Shown here piece by piece: positions 9,899 through 20,800 of a DNA stretch of 64,000 nt. The stretch comes from an uncultured virus (IMG/VR IMGVR_UViG_3300042383_001692) (Duplodnaviria > Heunggongvirae > Uroviricota > Caudoviricetes). Location of the stretch: IMG/VR virus record IMGVR_UViG_3300042383_001692. One strand, written 5' to 3'. The stretch's first letter is position 1, and every line of letters begins with the position of its first letter. The translations under genes were made by a program, and so were the position numbers. A model generated the notes under the pieces. That model was not told the DNA's origin, did not search any database, and saw only the letters and a list, made by a program, of their open reading frames with translations.

Positions 9899-11079
9899 GC
9901 ACTCCCTCTCAGAGAGGTCATCTTGCATGGGCGATTCAGAACAAGAAGGTTGACGACGGAACGTTTAATCCGGCAGCCAGCGCTACGGCAACAGCCAACA
10001 ACGGCGATGTGATTGCCGCTGGTTGGTTTCGGCATCGCGCAGAAACCGTCAACATTGGCGTAAACGATTTCTACGATGTTCTGCCGCAGGAAGTCGGTGG
10101 TTCGCTGTTTGTGAACTCGACTTACAAGAATGGTTCGTTTGTGGCCGGCGGCGGACGCATTTACACCAGACTTGAAGAATCGCTGGGCTATCTGCTGTTT
10201 GCGGCCGCAGGAACGCATTCCGCAGTTGCTGTCGCAACGGCAACGGCAGACCCTCTCAGCGACGTGTATACCAACACGTTTGCTGTCAGCACGTCTGACG
10301 AGACCAGAATGCCGTGGATGGCGCTGCGCAAGTTTACGCCGGCAGCGTCCGGACAGGATGGCGCAACGGAATACTTTGCCGACTGCAAGGTCAACATGCT
10401 GACGCTCAACGTGCCAGCAATGGGCCCCACGATGGCGGAGTTTTCGGTCATCGGCCGAAAGCCGACGGTTGTTGCGTCGGAAGTGGCAACGGGCGCAACC
10501 GTCAACGGCGTTGCAAACGCGTTTGAGTCAGGCGCTTCTCTTGCGCATTCGTGCACCGGCGAAATCCTTTTGCCGGGATTTACGAATTCTCAGGCAGCGG
10601 CGTACATTGCTGACTGGTCGGGCGGCAAGTTCACCTCGGCTCAGATCATGATTGCGAACAACATTTCGCAGCCGGATCAGCAGATGGTGATTGGCGCGTA
10701 TCACCCGGACGATCTTGTTCCGCTGAGCCGCGCCGTTCAGCTGCGCCTGATCTACAAGTGGACGGATCCCAAGCTGTATCGCAAGCTTTTGTACAACGGC
10801 AGCACCAGCTGGTCGCCAATTGTGCAGAACAGCGAAATCAGCATCAAAACGGCGTCGGTGGACAACATTTCCGGCGAAACGGTTCCGTACAGCATGAAGT
10901 TTACGGCCAAGGATGTGGACTGGACCATGTCTCCGCCGCAGCTGGCTGGCAACAACCTGCTGTTTACGGAATTCACCGGCATCGTCAGAAGCGGCAACAA
11001 CTCTGGCGTTCCGGCGTGGAAGATCGATCTGGTCAACAAGAAGCAGTACACCAACCTGTCTACGGCAGCTGCATACTAG
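9895..11079 (+). CDS. major tail (tube) protein
   Basis: 394-aa beta-rich ORF with biased codons, preceding chaperones and tape measure. Confidence 0.75.
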   Translation: MSTPSQRGHLAWAIQNKKVDDGTFNPAASATATANNGDVIAAGWFRHRAETVNIGVNDFYDVLPQEVGGSLFVNSTYKNGSFVAGGGRIYTRLEESLGYLLFAAAGTHSAVAVATATADPLSDVYTNTFAVSTSDETRMPWMALRKFTPAASGQDGATEYFADCKVNMLTLNVPAMGPTMAEFSVIGRKPTVVASEVATGATVNGVANAFESGASLAHSCTGEILLPGFTNSQAAAYIADWSGGKFTSAQIMIANNISQPDQQMVIGAYHPDDLVPLSRAVQLRLIYKWTDPKLYRKLLYNGSTSWSPIVQNSEISIKTASVDNISGETVPYSMKFTAKDVDWTMSPPQLAGNNLLFTEFTGIVRSGNNSGVPAWKIDLVNKKQYTNLSTAAAY

Positions 11080-11151
11080 TTTTGTACATCCCGCACGTGC
11101 GGGATTAAGCGCGAGGGAGGAGTTTTCTTCTCCCTCGCAACAAAAACAAAA

Positions 11152-11589
11152 ATGATCAAACTCAAGGTTCCTACCGAAAAGCGTTTTTTCTTTAAGCAGA
11201 ATGAGGAAGGCGATGCGTTGATCGACGCAACCGCAGACGATCATGAGGGTTTTGTCGCGTTCAGACAGGCGACGACCGGTGAAACGGAAACGCGCACCGG
11301 CCTCACGCAGAACAGAAAGTGGCGGCAGGAAGACGGCAGCATCACGCTGTATGACGATTTCAACGCTGATTTTCTGGCTCGCACGGAAGTGCGTTTGACG
11401 CTGACGGGTACGGACATTGAGTTTCCGGACGGCTCGCAGTTGATCTTTCAAGACGGAAAGGTTGTCAACGAAAAGCAGTTCAACAAGTGGTGGAACATGC
11501 TGCCGCCAAAGTGGGCGCGCACTATGCATCGAAAGTGCTTGGAAGTAAATCCGCTTTGGGACATGTCCAAAAGCGACGACGCTGATTAG
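11152..11589 (+). CDS. tail assembly chaperone (G-like)
   Basis: canonical position between tube and tape measure. Confidence 0.6.
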   Translation: MIKLKVPTEKRFFFKQNEEGDALIDATADDHEGFVAFRQATTGETETRTGLTQNRKWRQEDGSITLYDDFNADFLARTEVRLTLTGTDIEFPDGSQLIFQDGKVVNEKQFNKWWNMLPPKWARTMHRKCLEVNPLWDMSKSDDAD

Positions 11590-11881
11590 CGAGCTCGAAA
11601 AAGAGTGCGACGATTACTTTGAAGGCACGCTTTTGTCTGGACTCACCGACTACACCATGGTCGGTGAGCCGGACGAAGAAAAAGAACAGAAAGAGCCTCC
11701 GGGGGAACTTCAGATGCTGTGGATGACCAAGTCATACAGCAGTCTGCCCTGGAAGGGGGGACTAATGGATCAGCCAAGTTTTTTGATGATTTGCATGAAT
11801 GTGTGCCAGACATCAGAAAACAAGGCGGAAGAAATAAAGCGACGTATTTTGGAGGCAAAACAAAATGACAAATCCAGATGA
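11549..11881 (+). CDS. tail assembly chaperone second frame (T-like); likely frameshift-accessed, track start TTG 11633
   Basis: frame open from 11549, overlapping G end; LPWKGGLMDQP motif seen in phage pre-TMP chaperones. Confidence 0.55.
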   Translation: MRFGTCPKATTLISELEKECDDYFEGTLLSGLTDYTMVGEPDEEKEQKEPPGELQMLWMTKSYSSLPWKGGLMDQPSFLMICMNVCQTSENKAEEIKRRILEAKQNDKSR

Positions 11882-14800
11882 ATTTGAGTTCCAGCATCCA
11901 AATGCGTTTCGCGCCGCTGTTAACGTCTTGAGAAGAGACGAGATTTATAGAGGAGGCAATCCTGCAAAAAAAGAATATGCAGAAAAAACCCGTAGCGACT
12001 TGATACGTAACTTTACAAAGGAAGAAGGAGAGGAGTACTTAAATTGGGTAAAAAACCATTACTCGTTTTTAAATCCCAAAATGCCAAAACTGGCAAGATT
12101 TTCTTCTTCTCCTCCGCCGGCGTTTGTTTCTCCTGACCCAGCAACGGGGATTCACTCTTCTGTTCCTCCCTCCGCAACTCCGATGCTCGCCTCTGCTGCA
12201 GGGGGAAGCGGGGGCGTTCCTCTTTCGGCAACAACGGCCAGCAGCTCTGCAGGCGGAGCGGGACAGCCCCCTATTTCACCTTCGCGTTTTCCCACGACGG
12301 GAGGATCTGGAAACAATCCCCCTCCGGGCGGAAACGGACCTATTGGCCCCCTTCCCGCAACGCCTCCCGGTCCTGGAAAGCCCCGCAAGAACAGGACGCT
12401 TCGTCCTTCGACAAACCAGGCGTTGACGGGACTGGAAAACAACTTTGTAGAAGAGATTAACCGCCATCTTCGCGCAAAAAACCTGCCTTACGCGGTAGAA
12501 CTGACGATGCGCCCCAGCACTGCTCGCGCCGTTGCGCGACAGGAAAGAGCGGGCAACCGAATCAATCCGGCAGTAGATCCGGACGCTGCGCAGAATTTTC
12601 GAGAGAAGCAGCTGCTGATTTACGAGACGCGGCCGGACGGTACGCGCGGGCGATCTACGTCGTTTACGCTGGAATCGGTCATGCTGAACGCCACCAGCCT
12701 AAAGACGGGGAAGCCGGAGCAGCGGCCAATGCTTATGCTGAACAAGACTATCGTTCCGCCGACGATGGTCGTAGGTTCGCAGACGCCGCGCCCTTTTCTT
12801 CCGGTGCACATTGGTCCGGAAATGGCGCAAACCGGCGACGTCTACATGGACTCGTTTGAAAGCGCGGCGGATTTGCTCAAAAAGACTATTGAGGGGACTC
12901 CAATTGGGCAGCTTTCCGAACGCTGGGGGGAGATTACCAAGCACCTGCCGACGCCTACGGATTTGAACTATCTGGGCATTTCGCGCATGTCGCTGGAAGC
13001 GGGCCCGCGCTACGACCGCAAAGCAGCAGAAATTGCGGCAAGCTACCTGGTCTTTCAGAGAGGGGACACTTTGTCTGCAAAGCAGTTTCGCGGCTTTACG
13101 CGCGCCAGCGCGCTTGGCCAGTCGGGATATGAAGAAGGCCCGCAGGGATCTACGCACTCCGCTGCTGTTGCCAAAGCGGTGTCTGGAAAGGATAAAAACA
13201 GCGTCATTCTGGTGCGCTCGCTGGCCAACGTCATGATGTCCAGCGGTCGCGATATCACTCAATACATTCCCGGAGCCAATCCCGCCAACCCGTCGGAGCC
13301 CAGACTGATTAGCGGGCAAACGGCCAGACTGGGCAAGAAATCCGCAGCCGAGCTGGCGCAATCCGCCATAGAAAAATCGAGAAAGAAGACCAACCTTCGA
13401 GAACGGCAAGGGTATTTTCCGCACGGCATGCACGAAATTGAGGTGGAAGAAGGCGGCGATCGCGTCGGCTTCACCGGCTTTGTCGTGTACGGGGCAAAAG
13501 AAATGCAAGAGGGCGGGGTCAACCCGGACACTGGAGAGAAATATCCAGAATTTGTATCAAGCATGGATCCGTTTGGCGGCGGCGGCGTAGTAGCCAGCAC
13601 AAACGTATACAAGTCTAGTGGCCGGATTGCCACGTCGGACGAGTTTTTCTACATGCCTCGCGGAAAGGATATTGACATCCGCAACCTGCGCATTATCAAA
13701 GGCGCAGGAGGAAGAATCCGGTCGTCCGGCGGCACCATTGCCGACTGGGGAGAGGGAAACGAGGAAGGGGAAAAATCAAAAATTCGCTTGCCGCGGATGG
13801 GATATCGCGGCGGCGTAACCATTGAAAAATGGGGCATTTCCTTTGGCTCAGACCAAAACACTGCACGGCAAATTAAGAATCTTTTGGGGAACAAAGCGCC
13901 GGCTGCGGAAGACATTCTTAGCATTATTAGCAACCCGCAGAGCACGCAGCGGTACTACTACGACAACGGCACGAGAAAAAACAACCCGTTGTATTTGGAG
14001 CGACAGAGGCTGGAAAAGGCGGCGTTGGCGGAGCTGAACAAGATTCAGGCCCAGCAGGTCGATGAAGCCATCGACAAAAAAATCAAGAACGCCAAAACAC
14101 AGGACGAAATTGACCGCCTTGAGGTGCAGCGAGAAAGAGAGAAGCAATCCAGAAGATTTATTCGCGACTCTGTAATGGGCGGAAAGAGCGGAAGAACGGT
14201 TTTGATCCCGGTCACCTCCTACAACGCAACGCCGGATTCGATCAAGGGCAGCGCAATCAAAGCGATGATCGGCCACAAAATCACTGATCCCGCTACTCGT
14301 CAGGCTATTGCGGATTTTGAGGGCGTCAAAGGCGTGAAGCTGGATCAGATCCCGCTTCAACAGATTGAAGACGAGCTTTTGCCAAATCTGCCAAGATTGC
14401 AGCACGTGGCCGACGTGCCCATGCAGCGCATCATCGCCAACCGGCTGCAAAAGTCTTTGTTTGGAAGCTGGTACCAGGATGCAGAAATTGATCGAGCGGA
14501 AGACGTTTTGTCCAGACGTCAGATCAGCCGACGCGTCAAAAAGATGACGATTGACCGCATGATCAAGAAAGGCGTTCGGCGTCCGGAAGTGCCCGTCATC
14601 GGCATGACAACGGCTGAAATCAAGAACACGCCGGAATGGCAGATCGGCACTATCCTGGCCTATCGTCATCATTCTGCACCGGGCCGCGACTTGGGCGCGG
14701 ACGACTTTCGCGTGGGCGACATTGGCGCCATGATTCGCAGCGAGTATCAGGGATTTATAACATCCAACGACCCTGCCGAGCGCGAGCAGCAGCTGATCCG

Positions 14801-17800
14801 CGCCATACGCGATTTCACGCCGGAAAACGTCGACAGAAGAAACCGCGTGTTTGCCAACATTCTCAAGATGTCGCCGACCTACGGCGGACGGCTTACTCAT
14901 TTGACGGCGTATGAGCATTTCAACGTGGAGCCGGCCGGCACCACTAACACCGTCAACCGCATGAGCCAGGAAGCGCTGTTTACCGATGCGCCGGGCTTGG
15001 CGGAATACGTTGGTGAAATCGGCGGAAAAGCGCGAGACATTGTGCAAATGCTGATGCCGCAGTCGGCTGAAGAAGTGGTGGAAATCGGCAAAGAGGAACT
15101 GTCAATGTCCATCCCGGCTTACTGGGAAGCTGAAGAGCCGGATCGTTTTGAGGTTGTCAAGCGAATGTTTGACAACGCTCGCGCCAAACAAAACAAATCA
15201 AAGACCGCTTCAATGAAGCTGGTCATTCCAGGCAAAGACGGAAAACCCCAGGAAATTGTTCTTGCATCTCCGTATGCGTTTGACAAACTGGAACGCGGGG
15301 CGCCTGGCACAACGCTTACCAGACTAATAGAGCGAATTCAGAACCCGCTTGCCGACGGCGTTTCTTCTTCTTCCATTGAAGAGTTGTGGCGTATTCATCA
15401 GGAAGCCGTGCGTGAGTACGCAAATTCCGACGCTGGAAACAAAGCAATGCAAAACATTGGCGGTCGTGGCATCAAGGGCATGGCGTTTCGCTACATTTCC
15501 AACCCTGATGTTCCTTCCGGCAAAATATGGGTCGGAAATAAAGATATTGTTTCGATGGCGGAGCATTTTGGTTTTAAGGTTGATGATTTTCTGGATCGCC
15601 TAAAAGCCGGGCAAAAATTTCACATTTATTCTCAGCGCTATCCGCAGGCAACCGGATCAGGCGCGTGGTACGAAATGGAGCACAAACCGGACTATCTGGG
15701 CCCTATTGCCGTGCCAACGGAATACAACTACCAGGTGGCAGGCGACGACGACGGCGACCTGGCCAACTTTATTGCTGGCTTCAGACAAGTTACTTACAAG
15801 CGAGACGGAAAGATCTTTAATGAGTTTGTGCCGCTGCCGGGTGTAGAAACGGCTGTTGCGCAGCAGAATACGCCGCTGCTTACTGCACTCAACAGATTTG
15901 CCAGTTTTTACGGATTTAAAAACCTCAACAAGATCATCAAGGAGGCCAGGACCGTGATGGGCGCGCACATCCGGGACAACCTGTCTTATGACCCTGAGTT
16001 TATTGAGCAGTTTGAAAAGAAGTACGGAAAGATCGATCAGGTCAAGAACAAAGACGCCTACGATCGCGCCATGAATGCGGAGCGCGACGCACTGGTTGCC
16101 AAGGCGCTGGTCAACGAATTTCATTTTGTCAGCAAAACAACCAACACCGGATATCACATCAAGGCGCTGAATGCCTATTTTGCCGGCAAGGAACAACGCA
16201 TTGACGTCGAAAAAATCGACGCCATGACGCGCATTGTCACACCCAAGACAAAAGATTCGATTGCTCAGACAGTCGCCAACGAGCTGGGCGCGCAGTCTGT
16301 GTCCATGACGCTGGCCGACATTGGCAGAGGGGCCGCCGAGGAAGGCGGAGCCAAGCGCGAAATGGGCGTGTACACCGTTCTTAAAGATCTGCAGAGATTG
16401 TCTGACAGAGAAGACCACGTAAAAGCGGTAGAGGAAGCGCAGTTCAAGCTGTACGGAAAATACGGCGGAAACCTGATTGAAGAACTCGGTTCCTCTCTTC
16501 GTCCGCAAAACAACCGCTACGCCAGCTCGTTTATGCAGGCCACGTCCAACCTGGACTGGGTGTATCAGCGCGCATTGGACATGCTGCCCAAAAATGAAGC
16601 GTCCAAAAAGTTCTCTCTCGACTTTTTTACCAGCGATGTGCGCCACTTTGAAAATCAAGCCAAGCGTCAGGAAACTGCCAAAAACGCCCTGATGATGATG
16701 CTGGAAAACGAGGAAGTTAGCCCGATTGCCGTAGGGGCAACGTTTGGACGCCGAGGCAACGCCGATCACATTGCGGAAATCACTTCTTTGGCAGAAGACA
16801 TCAAAGAGCAAATTGCCGAGATAAAAAGCAAGGGAGAAGACATCGACGGCTCGTTTTTTGCGCGCAACGAAAAATTCAAGAAGATTATGCGCAACCCGAA
16901 GAACGGGGAAGCTTACGATATTTCAAATCCAGACATTGACAGCGCATTTTCCGCGGTAATGCGCAACCAGGCTTACGTCAACACAATTCGAAACATCGCT
17001 GAAGGGCAGTACGACGACCTGGATCTGGAAGAGAAGCAGAAGATCAACGGCCTGCTGGAGATGCACGAGCGTTTTATTAACTCAACGGAAAACAACAAGC
17101 GAGACTGGCAGAAGGTTGCCAGCCAGATGAGAGAAGGAGACACCAATGGATTTTTGTCGGATCTCCTTACGCAGGTTGGCATTAACCCGGAGCTGAAGCA
17201 CCTGGCCATCGACGACCTGGAAAAAATCACCGGAAGGGCCATTAGAGTGGATGAAAAGCCAAGTCGCACGCAGGTGCTGCAGCAGGCGCGACTTAACAAG
17301 TTGAACAAGGCCATGAAAAGCGGCAAGCGCGCAGACTGGCTGGACGTGCTGGGTTTGTCGCAGGGATCCATTTCTCCCTTGTTGAGTATGAATCCTGTGG
17401 TTCAGAGCCTGTATCGGCGCGGTTTTGGCTCTCCGGAGCTTGTTGATAATTTTAAGGACGTAGTTTCTTCGTTCCGTCGATCGTTCAACGCGCGAGCTTC
17501 TTCCATTTTTAGCATTGCCAACTACAACACAAACGCATCCGAACGGGAAAAGATGCAGTACGTGGTGGGAGAAAGCGACGACGTGTACAAGGCATCCTCC
17601 GCCATGGAGCTGGTCAATCAAGTAATTGTCGACATGCTGGGTGGAAGCCGTGTAGGAAATTCCGACCCGACTTTGACGGATCCAGAAACCTTTGTTCAAA
17701 AAATGAAGCTGGGAAGAAACCAGTACAACGTGTTGATGCAAGCCAGCCCGGCGCTGATTAGCGGCGACGTATACGAGCAGACGTTGTACGAATCGCTTAA

Positions 17801-20800
17801 GGCGTCGGAATCTGGCGGCGAAACCTGGCTTCACATGGGCGGAATCGCGATGGGCAGGGCGTCCAGCAGTGACCCATCCGCTTCCGGCACGTACGTTTCC
17901 GGCGTGCCAGATTTCTTTAAGCTGGAAGACTACGACGACGTTGATCCGTCTGATCCGACAAAGAGCGTTCGCAGGACGCGCGTTTCAGTTTTTGACGCCA
18001 AAAACACAAGACTTAGCAAGGCGCTCGAAAAGATTGGCTACAGGGTAGACGACAGCTCGGGCTTGGTCAGCGCGTCAGACATTGAAGACGCCGTGCCGCT
18101 GGACAAACCAGGCACGTACAGCGGCCAGCTGGAAACGTACGTATGGCTGTCGCAGTCTATAGGCGAGATGCGGAAAAAGTTGGGCGCAGGAACATTTGAG
18201 GAAATCTCCAAAAATCCGGATTTCATCATCAGCGAATACTCCAAAGAGATTGAAAAGTGGACAAAAGCCATTTCAAAGTCCAGGGGAGAAACGCTGGAAA
18301 CAGCGCGCAAGACGGCTATTCGCACACTGGAAGCCATTTCGCAGGGCAACATTTCCGCCGGCGGCATCATTTCCAGAAATCCGGATCGATCTCCCATCGA
18401 CAAACAGGTAACAAGCAAGGCAAAAGACGAGGCGGGAAACCCCATGCTTAGCGTGACGCCAATCCTCAAGGGGGCGCACATTCTGATGTCTCCGCGCAGA
18501 CTGCCGTCGTCAGGAAAGGGATCAATTGAACACGCAGTGCTTTCTTACGCCAGTCAGGCGCATGACATTTTGACGGACGTTGGCCTGCAGGATCTGGCGT
18601 TTATGCGGACGGCCGTTCAATTTGCCTGGGCCAACCAGAGAGAGTTTCTTGGCAAAGAACGAGAAGGAGGATTGCCGCCTTTTGGCCAATACAAACCGGC
18701 GGATATCTCCCCGCTGTTTGGCATGCTGCGAGCGCAATCCGCCATGGCCAAGGGAGAAACTCTGGATCACAGCGCAGACTCCGGCAAGCTCACCGAGGAG
18801 GCGGAGGAGACGGCGGCAATTCTTGCCTCAATTCGACAGGGGTCCGGAGCCAGCGCGTCCGAAATTGCCAACATGGAATACATCCTGCGCGGCTATCAAC
18901 GCGTGGCCAGAGGCGGGAAAATTCAGTACGAAAAACTTGGCAGCTCCGTCGTAGGCGACGACTCAACAAGAAAGCCGATCGACGTAAGCGGCAGACCTAG
19001 CGAAGCGGGCCCGCTGGACGACATCATGCTCAGAGAAATGGTCGTGTCTATGTCCACGGACAGAGAGGGCAGCGGATCTCGGACAATGAACGTGGCAGAC
19101 GCCATGGACATTGACGGCGTGAGAACTACGCGTTTGGCGTACAACGCGCAGCAAATGCGAGAGCTGATCAGCCCGTCGCTGCCTGCCGGGTTCAAATCGG
19201 TAGATTTGGTGAAATCCACCGAAACTGTGCTGGGAAATCTGATCAAGACAAATGCGCTGACGGACAACGACGTGCGGCGCGTGTTTAACGACAAAGAATT
19301 TGTCGACGAATACAACTCGTACAAGGGAGACGATCAAAAGGTTGCTGAAGCCATACAGCGCAACGCGCTGCGCATGATTTACGAAAAGTACAAGGACGAG
19401 TTTGGCAAGATTGCACCCAACGCAGCGAGGTTTGAGGGAGATTCCCGCTACGGCTACGATGAAAGAAGTGGCATGCTGTACACGAGAACGCCGTCGACAA
19501 TTGAAGGCGCGCGAGACAGCGTAACGGCTTTCCGCATCAATCCTCGCCTGTTCCGCATCAAAGGCATGTTTGAAATGCTTGAGATTGCCATGCAACGCTC
19601 AGCGCTTGCCATTCTTCAAAACCAGGAAGCAAAAGAAAAGAAGCCTGCCAAGGGGTTTTTTGATCAGCTTCCAATTGGGAAGCTTTCCGCGAGTGCGCGG
19701 TTTTTTGCAGGAAAAGAAGGCGTCGTTTCAGAAGGTCGGCCTTCCATTGTCAACTCCGTTTCGCAAAAGATTTCACAGATGCGCGATCTTTTTGCCGCAA
19801 AAAAGAGCGAGGAAGATGCCGCACGCGACAAGTGGTTCTCGCGAGAAGTTACGCGGGAATACACCGGCTCCAAAGCGTTCAGCACGTCGCCGGATCACCG
19901 CGAATGGTTTGTTCGCGATCATCTCAAGCCGATGTGGCACATGGTCCACTGGCTTAAAGACATGGGCGTGGAGACGGGTCAGTTCAAAGAAGAGGACATT
20001 GATATGGAAGTGCTTCATGCAACCGTAATGACGCACGACCTGATGAAAGCCAGAAAGACGCCGAGCGACCCAAAGGACTACGAAGACAACAAGGGCATTG
20101 CCGCGGAATTTGCCAAAAAGATGGGCCTTTCGGACAAACAATCGGAAAAGCTGGTCACAGTCCTAAAAGAAATGGACATGGTCAAAAAGAAGGACTGGTG
20201 GGAGAAGAACCCAGATGCGTGGAAAACGCTGACGCCGGAAGCCAGGATCAACTCCACCGCGGATTCCCTTTCCCACTACACCGGAGGCGTGCGCGGCTTT
20301 TTGAACATCTTCAGCACAATTACGCTGCCGGCTTCTGGAAGAGATTTCAGCCTGAAATCCATGGTCGAGTCCAACGCGGGAAAGATGAGCAAGGACGCCA
20401 ACAAAATCCTGATGGATTTGAAGATTGCGGGAAGAACAGTTCCCCGAGACAAGGTATTTACTCCTTCCGCAATTTCTCTTGCCTATGATCCGGTGACAAA
20501 GGAAACGCACGCTTCCGGCGCAATTGTTTCTGCAATCAGAGGGGTTCTTGAAAGGAGCGGCATCAGGCACTTCCCGTTTAAGGAGGGAAGAAACCGCTGG
20601 CAAACCATCGACCCGGCGACCGGCGAAGTCAAGGACTTTACGCCCAAGGGCAAAATGCGCGGCGGGCGGCTGGAGCGCAACGACATTGACATTGTCGGCG
20701 AAGTTGACCACGAATACATTGAGAGGGACCAGGACGGCAACCTTACCGTTTTGCCTGCAAAACGAGGCGACGGCAAAGACGTCGTCGGAGAGTTCGGACA

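Noticed and set aside
12699..16811. Long antisense ORFs (269, 399, 384 aa) within the giant gene
   Set aside because: Shadow ORFs from codon bias; no motifs or start signals
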